Assembly: GCF_006345805.1 (NCBI RefSeq)
Contig: NC_043001.1
Location: forward strand, 12,896,001 to 12,960,000
DNA length: 64,000 nt
Direction of reading: 5' to 3'
From: Octopus sinensis
Taxonomy: Eukaryota
Shown: piece by piece, positions 1-11,224 of the stretch
Layout: each line of letters opens with the position of its first letter
Numbering within the stretch: position 1 is the first letter of the stretch
The notes under the pieces: model-generated
What the model saw: the letters and a program-made list of their open reading frames with translations, nothing else
Databases searched by the model: none
What the model was told of the DNA's origin: nothing
Position numbers and translations under genes: made by a program

Positions 1-140
1 TGCATATTGGGTTTTAATGGCTAGTTCCTTCTATCGCTATGCGGAAGCGATATATATTGATATATATATATAATTGCAACTATATATATGTATATATATA
101 TATATATATATATAATTGCAACTCCATATATATAGTTGCA

Positions 141-334
141 ATTTACAAAAAACAAAAGACGAAGACAGGTGTGAGAACAACTATAGGCGTATTAGTTTAA
201 CGCTCGGGAAGGTGAGAAAACATCTTTTTCCGTATCGAGCCTACCTTCTTCAACGGAAAGGAACATGAGAAAATAAACGGAGAATATAATAAAGAAAGTT
301 TCAGTAGATAGCGGTCCATCAGGCAGCAAGTCCA

Positions 335-338
<4 letters not shown>
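141..338 (-). mobile_element. Short solo pLTR-like element (PLE-derived), hammerhead motif decayed
   Basis: Reverse complement resembles the units at 12648 and 10940 (…cgttgaagaaggtaggctcgatacgg…ttcccgagcgttaaactaatac…tcttcgtcttttgttttttgtaaat); (TA)n on both sides. Confidence 0.6.
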
Positions 339-373
<35 letters not shown>

Positions 374-736
374 CAATAATAATAAAGGGTAAAATTATGC
401 GCATGCATTTTGTTGGCAATTTAACCACCCACGATGATATCAACATTTTTTTTCACACCTGGCGATTCATATCCCGTTTGTTCTATGTTTTATTCCAATC
501 AAATACTCAATGTCCTTACCAACTTGTTCCCTATTAGTTTTACGGGAGATGTGTGTTGATATAATACATGTAGATATTGTGTTATAGCGATTAGGTGTTA
601 TTTTACATTGTTGCCTTTGAAATATGTTGTCATCAGGGTCAACAGAAATTATCACCCTCACTCTGCGTTATTTTCCGGTAACATTCTTCTGTTGTTTGCC
701 AAATTTGATGCACGACCACACACAAACTAAGACATA

Positions 737-928
737 GGCGCAGGAGTGGCTGTGTGGTAAGTAGCTTGTTTACCAACCATATGGTTCCGGGTTCAGTCCC
801 ACAGCGTGGCACCTTGGGCAGGTGTCTTCTACCATAGCCTCGGGCCGACCAAAGCCTTGGGAGGGGATTTGGTAGACGGAAACTGAAAGAAGCCCATCGT
901 ATATATGTAGATATATATATATATATGT

Positions 929-971
<43 letters not shown>

Positions 972-1217
972 ATATATTGCGTGCGTGTGTTTTGTGTGAG
1001 TGTGTTTGTCCCCCTAGCATTGCTTGACAACCGATGCTGGTGTGTTTATGTCCCCGTTACTTAGCAGTTCGGCAAAAGAGACCGATAGAATAAGTACTGG
1101 GCTTACAAAAGAATAAGTCCCGGGGTCGATTTGTTCGATTAAAAGGCGGTGCTCCAGCATGGCCGTAGTCAAATGACTGAAACAAGTTAAAGAGTAAAGA
1201 GTAAAGAGTAAAGAGTA
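737..1217 (+). mobile_element. SINE family A (tRNA head + CORE-like segment + internal (TA)n(TG)n + 3' module + LINE-like tail)
   Basis: A box TGGCTGTGTGG, B box GGTTCAGTCCC, ccttgggca(a/g)gtgtctt, tail ggcggtgctccagcatggcc…gactgaaacaag(TAAAGAG)n; 12 near-full copies in the window. Confidence 0.9.
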
Positions 1218-1527
1218 TGTCTATGCACGTGTGCGCTTATTGGTGATCGATCGAATCTCGTCGGAATTGGTAGTTTGTCAATCTGATTTATTATTTTCTT
1301 GATAGAAACTCTATGCATGAGATGTTAGCCGCTATATGAAACTTGTTTTATGATTGTCCGAGACCAGGGTGTTGTAAATCTTGCAGAAATGATGGTCACA
1401 TTCATTATTGGAACAACGTTTCTCGTCGTTCTTCTGCCATCGAATTACTTTGGTTTGAAACAGCAATCAGACCGAAATACGAACTTTACATGCGTTGTAA
1501 ACAATTGCTTATGCATTATGTACCTGT

Positions 1528-1944
1528 TTACTCTTTTACTCTTTTACTTGTTTCAGTCATTTGACTGCGGCCATGCTGGAGCATCGCCTTTTTTAGTCGA
1601 GCAAATCGACCCCGGGACTTATTCTTTGTAAGACCAGTACTTATTCTATCGGTCTCTTTTGCCGAACCGCTAAGTGACGGGGACGTAAACACACCTGCAT
1701 CGGTTGTCAAGCAATGCTAGGGTGACAAACTCAGACAAACAAACATATACACCCACATACATATATATGTATACATATATACGACAGGCTTCTTTCAGTT
1801 TCCGTCTACCAAATCCACTCACAAGGCATTGGTCGGCCCGGGGCTATAGCAGAAGACACTTGCCCAAGATGCCACGCAGTGGGACTGAACCCGGAACCAT
1901 GTGGTTGGTTAGCAAGCTACTTACCACACAGCCACTCCTGCGCC
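1528..1944 (-). mobile_element. SINE family A copy
   Basis: Reverse complement of the 737-1217 unit. Confidence 0.9.
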
Positions 1945-3490
1945 TATGTATGTTGTAAAATGAAATATATTTCGTAAAATATTATTGAATGACACTTCGG
2001 TGTGAAAAACAAATTAAATTGTCAGAAATATAATAGAATAGATTGTACAAAATTTTAATTCGGTTCATTATTTTTAATACTGACTTGAGGGCGGGTATGT
2101 TTAGATAAAATCGAGATCACTTTCAGGAGTAATATAGTATTGATTTTCTTATATTGCAGCACAAAAATACTTGTCACGTTATGCCGGTACGAAATTGCTG
2201 TTATTTTACATAGGCAATTATGTCCGGCGAAAGATATAGATCTGGAATCAAAAAAGTATTTTGTTATTGTATTGAGAATTTTTCTGGAGAAAATAAGCAA
2301 AAAAGAAAAATTGGCTGCCACTGAAAGATGGCCAGAGACGTCAAAGAATAATAAAAATATAGAAACCTTTTACCTACCAGAATATTTAGATGGTTGTTAA
2401 ATCACCAAGCGTTTATGTAGATTTAATTATTGTCTTCGAAATAAGTGGAAGAACAGTTTATCGCCGTGTTCTGCTTTCTGAAAACTTTTACTTGTATTCC
2501 CCACAGTTTTGAAATATTTATTGCCTGCTTTAGTTATTTGTGCGAGCAATAAATATCATTTGATAAACGGTGAGACAAAGTATAAATATAACCAGTTTCC
2601 ATTCGATTATTCAGTGCTATACTCAAAATTTATGCAAATAAATTGTTCGAAATTTATCCGGAAACTAGAATGTAGTTATTGAAAGAGAAGCTGAGAAACA
2701 GCTGCCGTTCACATACAAAGAACGCCGCTTTGATAAATGCGTTAGAGTGAAAATATTGTAGACAACATCATTTGAAATGTGAAAACGATTTTAGATAATT
2801 CAACCGCTGGCTGGCACAGTGATGTTGATGATGAAAGGAGGAAGATGGGAGATTTAGAGATGAAAACAACGATTTCGGGGAATACTGACATTCACGTAGG
2901 GAATGATGAGGTTGATAAATATTATCAAATATTGATAAAGTGGCAGTTATATCCGCGGGCCTGATAAGCAGGCTGAGTTGAGGAAGATATAGAGGGAAAA
3001 TATGATATAGAAAAAGATTATGAACTAAAAAGGTGACGATCATGAAGAGAATAGGTTTGCTTGTGGATATTTGACTTTGTTCCCATTGTTTGCTTTTAAA
3101 CTTCATAATATTTTTATTATGCGAAGAAACTTATTATACAAATGTCATGGAACCAGGTTATAGCAGAATGCTTCTAACCTCAAAGTGATCTTTACAGAAC
3201 ATTTCTATTGCAACTTAAAAGGTGTAATTAAAATAAATCAATCGCTTTCTTTGAAGTAAATGCTACTGTTCTAGAATGTAGTACAGCATTATACACCTCA
3301 CGGGAAAGGGAGAAGAGTAACAATGCCCGTAACATAAATAGTATTTTATTTACAATTAATAAATCGTAATATGAATCGCTATATGACATACATATCTATA
3401 CCCCTACACACGTATACAAACGCGACCACATACACTGCACAAACACACACGCATGTGTATGTGTGTGTGTATACATATATGCAGACATAT

Positions 3491-3898
3491 ACTCTTTTAC
3501 TCTTTTACTTGTTTCAGTCATTTGACTGCGGCCATGCTGGAGCACCGCCTTTAATCGAGCAACTCGACCCCGGGACTTATTCTTTTGTAAGCCCAGTACT
3601 TATTCTATCGGTCTCTTTTGCCGAACCGCTAAGTAACGGGGGACATAAACACACCAGCATCGATTGTCAAGCAATGCTAGGGAGACAAACACAGACATAT
3701 AAACACACACACGCATATATATATCTACATATATACGACGGGCTTCTTTCAGTTTCCGTCTACCAAATCCACTCACAAGGCTTTGGTCGGCCCGGGGCTA
3801 TAGTAGAATACAGTTGCCCAAGGTGCCACGCAGTGGGACTGAACCCAGAACCATGTGGTTGTTAAACAAGCTACTTACCACACAGCCACTCCTGCGCC
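3491..3898 (-). mobile_element. SINE family A copy
   Basis: Same head, body and tail as 737-1217. Confidence 0.9.
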
Positions 3899-4247
3899 TA
3901 TATATATATATTATATATATATATATATATATTAAGGTATGTAGAAAAATACAACATGGACAAGAACGTATAACTCATAGAAGACGATACAATACAAACA
4001 CAGGACAGGACATTCGAACCCCTCAGTCTTCAGTCAAGAACCGGATCATCGTAGTATTTCGGCTGATTAATCTTGAGATTACTAGATCACGGCCAGCCCT
4101 CCAAGAAAAACTAAGCGGAAGCGTAGATTTCCTGGAAGAAGGATCGAATGCATACGAACACCAGGACAGCAAAAGGGACAGATATAAAAAAAACAAAAAA
4201 CAATAATGGAATACAGAAACATGAAATACAGAAGCATTAACGGTGAA

Positions 4248-4308
<61 letters not shown>

Positions 4309-4631
4309 AACATAGATTAATCCAACCTCATATTGCGGTTCACCAATCGCAGTTTATTATTCAAGTTTACCTCGATTCCCACGTGGTGTTGTTTTGCATT
4401 TATAAGAAAATATATGCGAATTATAAAAATAATAATATTAAACATACAGTACTGTTTCTACTTCGTGGATTTCCACCCGTCGCAGGTGAGTTTGGAACGT
4501 ATATATAATATATATATATATATATTATATTGATAAAGCGGTAAGATAACAAAAGAAAGAAAGAGACCTCAATATTATGTAAATAGAGGAAATTTATCTA
4601 TACAATAATATGTTACTTTACTCGGTAGTCA

Positions 4632-4694
4632 AGATAAAACTCTGAGTTTCAAATGCCGAAGTGGAAATCCACAACACCATCTCTTCGGTTATCG
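4632..4694 (-). ncRNA. Type I hammerhead ribozyme-like motif in the left (3') pLTR arm
   Basis: Inverted copy of 5177-5239 with CATT for CATC and CGATAA for AGATAA. Confidence 0.6.
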
Positions 4695-5176
4695 GGCTAT
4701 TTGAAAACGCTATGAAAAAATACCGTTAAATAAAGGGAAATTACTGTGTTATAAATCTGCTTGCCTGCGTACTTATACATCGCTTGCATTTTTCGTCATA
4801 AAAATTATATAAAAATACATAAAAAATATATAAAAATATATAAAATCTTTTTGGGACATAACATAGAAAGCATGTTCTATCTGTTTTCTTTAGGGGACCA
4901 AAAACGTAACAGAAATTTAGTCACATATGGGCATGATTCGAAAAGTTCTGTCCTTGTATTTAGACATGTAGTAGGGTCTAAGCTGCTTTTCCAGATAAGC
5001 CATCTCTCCATGTCGCATAGACCGCACCTTCCGCTGCCGTTGGTATAGGGCTTACATCTGGCCAAAATCTTCCATTGTATGTTATAATCGACACCTTTAT
5101 CTCTTAAAGAACAGAGTTATAACACAGTAATTTCCCTTTATTTAACGGTATTTTTTCATAGCGTTTTCAAATAGCC

Positions 5177-5239
5177 AGATAACCGAAGAGATGGTGTTGT
5201 GGATTTCCACTTCGGCATCTGAAACTCAGAGTTTTATCT
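5177..5239 (+). ncRNA. Type I hammerhead ribozyme-like motif in the right pLTR arm
   Basis: AGATAA-CCGAAGA-GATG…CATC-T-GAAA-CTC-A-GAG-T-T-TTATCT: 6-bp stem I, 4-bp stem II, stem III with a 1-nt loop; core has U4C and one extra U before G12. Confidence 0.65.
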
Positions 5240-5282
5240 TGACTACCGAGTAAAGTAACATATTATTGTATAGATATATATA

Positions 5283-5500
5283 TATTGGGTTGTCCGGAAT
5301 GTTCGTGCCGATATTTAATGGAAAGTACATTTTTAATCAACTAGATATGAACAATTCTGTTGCACAATGCGTATCCATCTTTCCTTTAACTTGCAAATAC
5401 TCTGTTCCCAGAATTGGTGGGGTTTCATAGAAAGATTTCATCAAGGTATGATGGAAGACGGATGGCTCCCCTTTGCAAATACCGATAGGGCACAGAAAAT
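5283..5500 (-). mobile_element. Mariner fragment (one TIR + transposase C-terminus)
   Basis: TA-ttgggttgtccggaa(t)gttcgtgccgat TIR; minus strand reads KPHQFWEQSICKLKERWIRIVQQN; same family as 52632-53174. Confidence 0.8.
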
Positions 5501-5635
5501 GTGTCATTAGCCAGCTGGATAAGATGTTCTTCTGGGGCTACAAGCTACAGTTAGCCACATTTAAGTGGCAAAAATAATTCACATTGTCATGCAGCTATTG
5601 TTTATACTCGTTCAGAGTTTTATTATGCACACATG

Positions 5636-5713
<78 letters not shown>

Positions 5714-6294
5714 ACGTCGAATAGAATTCACCATGATTGTAACGCATGCCATTATGTAGTTTCAAAGTAACTTTTACGATCACACACACCTCGATTTACA
5801 ATATATATATATATCATTTCAATTCAATAGTTTTTAATGTCAGCATGCAATTACGAGAAATAGGAAAACGTCAGTAAAAAGAGATTTTTTTAATCTATTT
5901 TAAGAATTTTGATATTTGTATGCATTAGAAAAGGGTCTAGATACAGGCTAACCGATCGTTACAGACAGTTACGGGGTTTTCCAAATATGTTTATTGCAGA
6001 CACGAACAATTTCTATATCATTTGACGAGGTTAAAATGAGGTTTCAAAACGCGACAGATATATTATATGCGGGTTTCCCCAGGTTTAGGCTCGATTCTAG
6101 CTCTGAACATAAGAAAATATTTTTCTGTTAAGAATAAAATACAAAAGGATGAAGAACCCCCTCTACTGAAGGGAGGATTTGGCTATTCATTACCGCCTCA
6201 ACTCCAAGAATCATGGGACCGGTTACCCGATGTCCATGTTGTATATGTGATCAGAATCAATGTATATCCTCTGAACTGACCGATAGTCCGTCGG

Positions 6295-6438
6295 AGGTTC
6301 ACTCATTAACAGGTGAGTTGCCTGGAGCAATAGAAAGTGAAGCAGTTTGCCCAAGAACACAACATGACGCCCAGTCAGCGATTCGAAACCTCAATCTTAC
6401 CATCGTGAGTATACACCCTAACCACTAGGCCACACGCC
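6295..6438 (-). mobile_element. SINE family D fragment (tRNA head + CORE-like)
   Basis: Minus strand: ggcgtgtggcctagtggttaggg…ggtttcgaatcgc…gtgttcttgggcaaactgcttcac. Confidence 0.7.
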
Positions 6439-7584
6439 AAGTGTGTTGATGAATAAGTATTTGGCAGCAGGTTTAATATGTTACTAGGATTACTGTCAGT
6501 TTGATTCGGATATGCTAACAGTTCTCTTTCCTGAAGTAATTATTAGTGGAATATAGTTTCGAAATGATATGTTCCCTATATGTAGTGGATTTGCATCTGT
6601 GTGGCTTATGCGGTTAGGTCCATATTCTACATACCGAGAAAATTTTAAACTCTTTCCTTCGTGATGCAAATATATTGTAACAGGAAGCGCTTGTTACGTC
6701 TGATTGAAAAACTATTTTCTGGTGAGATTAGATTGTATGCAGTTACATAAACTGGTTGCTCGAATTACATCAGAATAAAGGAGATAGTTTGAACTAGAAG
6801 ATGTCTATTAACGATGTGAACACTGTTTTTCCATTTCTGTTATGAAAGATGAGCAGTTCTGCTATGTTATGAAACGGAACAGAGGAAGATTAAATGCTGT
6901 CCTATATTTCACAAGTAACTTAGCAATGTTTTGGGGAAGAGGCAAAGAGATCATGAAACGAGGGATGTTTCTTGTGCATACCTAGCTATTGTGTACCGAA
7001 CCGTGTAAGGATAATGTTGTCGCTAGTCAGTCGTTCAGGCATAGTTCAGTGAAGTAAGGACCCTCGGTGGCAGCAGTCTTTATATGGGAGTAACCAAACG
7101 GGATGCGATTTGGTTTCAACTAGGATTGCTTTGCCAGCATGGTTGAGCCGCAGCCTATTGCGACAGCAAGGATTAAATACTTAAACCTTCGTGTGATACA
7201 GATAGATGAAGTTTGGTGTATCCGCGCCGTCAGCCGCGCCAGAGATTTGAAGATCTGTCATATGATATAATTGTTAACCGGGCAATATCTTAGAAGTCCG
7301 TTCTATAATAACGAACTATGGGGCATTTGTAGCTAAATAGCTGACTACCAGATGTGCTATCAATTACAGTGTTAAATGATTGGTTATATAAGTATTGTGA
7401 ATCATGAACTTTAGGATTCTACACGTCAATATTTTCGCCAGCCCTGGCGAAACACCAACGTCATTAAACGCACTGAGGTGTAGTGAGTGAAGTTCGTATA
7501 TAATGAAAACACATTAACAATATCATTTTAGTTAATTGGACAAGTCTATGCTGGAGTGATATGCACCCATCGGTGCAAGATTTC

Positions 7585-7910
7585 TTATTTCTTTATTGCC
7601 CACAAGGGGCTACACATAGAGGGGACAAACAAAGACAGACAAAGGGATGAAGTCGGTTACATCCACCCGGTACTTAATTTATCGACTTTACTTAATTTAT
7701 GGTACTTAATTTATCGACCCCGAAAGGATGAAAGACAAAGTCGACCTCGGGGGAATTTGAACTCAAAATATAGCGTCAGATTAAATACTTATTTCTTTAC
7801 TACGCACAAGGGGCTAAATTCAGAGAATTTGAACGCAGAACGTAACGGTAAACGAAATACGGCTACGCATTTCGCCCGCCGTGCTGACGGTTCTGCCAGC
7901 TCACCGTCTT
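7585..7910 (-). mobile_element. SINE family B, rearranged dimer
   Basis: Two 3' ends (tatttctttat/actacc/gcacaagggg at ~7585 and ~7790), one internally deleted, followed by a single head (…ttctgccagctcaccg). Confidence 0.8.
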
Positions 7911-7951
7911 ACTTTAATGAAATGGCTGCATGGGCCCCATTCCCATGCAGT

Positions 7952-8188
7952 ACCTATTTCTTTACTACCCACAAGGGGTTACACACAGAGAAGACAAACA
8001 AGGACAGATAAAAGGATTTTAAGTCGATTATATTGACCCCAGAGCGTAGCTGGTACTTAATTTATCGACCCGGAAAGGATGAAAGGCAAAGTCCACCTCG
8101 GCGGAATTTGAACTGAGCACGTAATGGCAGATTAAATATCGCTAAGCATTTCGCCCGTCGTGCTAACATTTCTGCCAGCCCGCCACCT
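7952..8188 (-). mobile_element. SINE family B copy
   Basis: Full unit: head ggcgggctggcagaa, central ctttgcctttcatcctttccgggtcgataaattaagtaccag, tail ccccttgtgggtagtaaagaaatagg. Confidence 0.85.
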
Positions 8189-9789
8189 TACCGGTACAAG
8201 CTTTCTAAAGAGTTACCATGTTTTATCAGATGAGTTTATTCGAGAGATTTTAATATTTTTCTGATATTCATGAACGGACGCGTGATTTTCGAAATTGGAC
8301 TACATACATCGTGGAATACAAATCACTTATTTGAGGTCATCACACAAACATGATATGTTACGAAAGTTTTAAGATAACACGGAAAGCTTTTACGTATACA
8401 AATGGAAATGAAGAAATGTTTTAGAATCAAGAATGCAGAGTTTGAAACTTATAAATGATAAAATACGAAAACTAAAACGAAATCCAAATAATACACGCAT
8501 CTCATGGCGCAACATTCCTCGTCTAGTTCAGAATCATTATTCCGTTCGTAAAATCACATTTAGGTTTGCTGACCATAATCAAAATGATTTGATGCGCTGT
8601 CAAAAATATTTGTCAGAAGTATTAAAACATGGAAGGAAGGCATTCTAATACAGCCGGTCAATGTATTTGCCGTCAATATATACTATGTAAATGCATTAAT
8701 ACTGTTGAAAGTTGTAGTGGAGTTTTCCTTCTACAAAGAAGCTATATACTAACTAGAAAGGATTTGTCAATCACTAGACTGCTTTCGAAGAGCAAGTAAA
8801 AAGATGGAGTATGGCCCAGCTTTGTGCATGTAGTAAAAGGTTGAGTGTTTCCGAAAGTCGTATTACAAATAAACTTTAGCTTACCTGACCGTTGTTAAAT
8901 CAAATAAGGAAAAAAAAAACACACGACATTCTTACAGAACGGACACATAATAGCGACGCATGTATACATACGTACCAGACACGTACAAATATAGGCATAT
9001 CTATAGATGCATATATAAATATATTTATATATAAGCGTGTGTTTGTATATGACTGTATGAGTATGCATGTATGTATGCATATATGTGTAGCTACATATAA
9101 ATATCAATATACATACTTTATTATGGTAACAATGGAACACAAACAGTTTTTGGACCGTGACATATTTGATAGATGTATCTGTGTTGTTCATGAATATCAA
9201 TCATATATTCCACCTGCAACGGATATTAATCGCATATTTTTGATGCGTAAGTTCTTATAATATTATATTTTTCATCTACATATTTTGTAGCAAACACGGT
9301 TTCATATCGAGGGAAAATGTCATTAAAAATAATGTTCATAAATATTTATGACTTAATTTGCATATACCTGCAGATAATGAATGATTCCATTGTACTATAG
9401 TCAGTTAATATGAAGGAGGTATCAATCCGATTATGTTTTAAATGAAGAGAAATAATACTTTTCAAAGAAAACCAACTAAATTTCGTCACTTCACATAAGT
9501 GAGTCCGAAAAGTTTGGCTAGACGAACGAAGGTTAACCCTAACTCTACAGGAGATAGAAAGCTTACAGAAGAAGGAATTCTTCTGAGTACAAGAAAAAAG
9601 TATAGTGTGTGAAACCGGTGAGAAATCCAAAAAGATTTAGTCATATAAATGGTTAATAACAAAGCATTTACGCATTTTGAATTATAACTATTACAGATAT
9701 ACAATTTACCGATGCAATTTTATTGGTACTAAATGACAATCGATAAATATACCGGTAAATATATATTCTATATACAATATATCTGTTTC

Positions 9790-10016
9790 ATTATTACCCA
9801 CAAGGCGCTGAGCATACAGGGGACAAACAAGGACAGGCAAACGGATTAAGTCGATTGCATCGACCCCAGTGTGTAACTAGTATTTAATTTATCGACCCCG
9901 AAAACATGAAAAGCAAAGTCGACCTCGGCGGAATTTGAACTCAGAAAGTAACGGCAGATGAAATACAGCTACGCATTTCGCCCGGCGTGCTAACGGTTCT
10001 GCCAGCTCGCCGCCTT
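9790..10016 (-). mobile_element. SINE family B copy
   Basis: Same head, central domain and tail as 7952-8188. Confidence 0.85.
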
Positions 10017-10939
10017 ATATATTATATATATACAATAAGTCGACAATGAGGCCGACTTTACATTTAAGCTAATCGATATCCACAAAGTAAGTAACAGCTG
10101 TGAACTGGAGTCGATGTGGTCCTTTACTCACCACCACAAAATTGCTTGTCTTGGCCACAATTTGACACCGGTTTTAATATACAAATATACACAAATATTT
10201 AATAGTAAACTACTCAGATGGAAGCAGGAGAGTAACAAATAGTAAAAATATAATAGGAGGATCAGAGAGTTTTGAAAACAATGAGGGAAAATATATTGCA
10301 ATTAGCCACGGTGAAAGTTGTGATTTTTGTTTTGTCGTAGGCATACGTTTTGGTTGAAATATTGGTGCATCTGGGCAGATATGGTGTTTTTACAACGAGA
10401 GAGGATTTGTCCCCACGGTAATTGCAATGAATTTGCCATTTAGCTGTTAAAATATGTCACAAACATATTTTATATAACCTATAGTTTGCTTATGTCTTGT
10501 TGCTGTTATAGTATATATATATATATATAGTTGAGGTGTGTTCTGTTAAGAACGTATAAGAGTACAAATAGAGCTCGTTCACTCTTAGAATTCCCAAATA
10601 GCTGGAAGTATTCTTATGGCATGCTATCAATTCTAGACTTGGGTATTCCACGTTTGTGAAAATAAAAAGCAAAAAGAAAAAGAGTCAAACCGAAGGGTAA
10701 GTGCGCTTAGGCAGCGTTTTAATCGCTACAAACGTTGCAATACATACAGATCCTCGTATATACAGGATTTAAAGTTACGTTTAAATGAAATTATGTAAAG
10801 ATTTACCTGTATATGAAGATCTATATACATCTCCTCAGGCGATACTCAGTTGCTGTCTCCGTAAGTAAATTTTGATTTCCATGCTACAACAATCATGAAG
10901 ACATATACTTTATGTATATATATATATATATGTATATAT

Positions 10940-11154
10940 ATATCCCAAAATGTGACGACGTGTGTATCGTTGGCGATCTTCTTCCTCCGTCTTCCCTTCC
11001 TTGTATCTTTCCTTTTCCTATGTTTCTGGCGAAGAGCTCCGCTCGAAACGTTAGATCCTACTCCTTTCTTTCGTTTCCTGAGCATCCAATAACACTATAC
11101 TTGTTCCACGTCCACGTGTTGTTGTGTTTTCTCTTTGTGTTTTCATGTTTGGAT

Positions 11155-11160
<6 letters not shown>
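10940..11160 (+). mobile_element. Short solo pLTR-like element with minimal hammerhead motif (11021-11056)
   Basis: CTGGCGA-A-GAGC-TCC-GCTC-GAAAC-GTT-AGAT; pyrimidine-rich leader; (TA)n both sides. Confidence 0.65.

Positions 11161-11224
<64 letters not shown>

Larger units (their letters stand above)
4505..5276 (-). mobile_element. 5'-truncated Penelope-like element: GIY-YIG endonuclease C-terminus between inverted pseudo-LTRs
   Basis: ORF 4877-5065(-) KPYTNGSGRCGLCDMERWLIWKSSLDPTTCLNTRTELFESCPYVTKFLL fits the PLE EN C-terminal pattern (PY..C.LC..E…LN.R.EL..C..KF.L). Inverted arms ~4595-4754 and ~5117-5276. Confidence 0.85.

Noticed and set aside
737-810. tRNA-like heads of the SINEs as tRNA genes
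   Set aside because: A/B boxes are present but there is no convincing acceptor stem or poly-T terminator, and they run straight into SINE bodies.
6450-7500. Repeat-poor stretch with scattered CpGs as a gene or LINE
   Set aside because: No open frame or motif recognised on either strand; left unannotated, as are 2090-3170 and 8200-8880.
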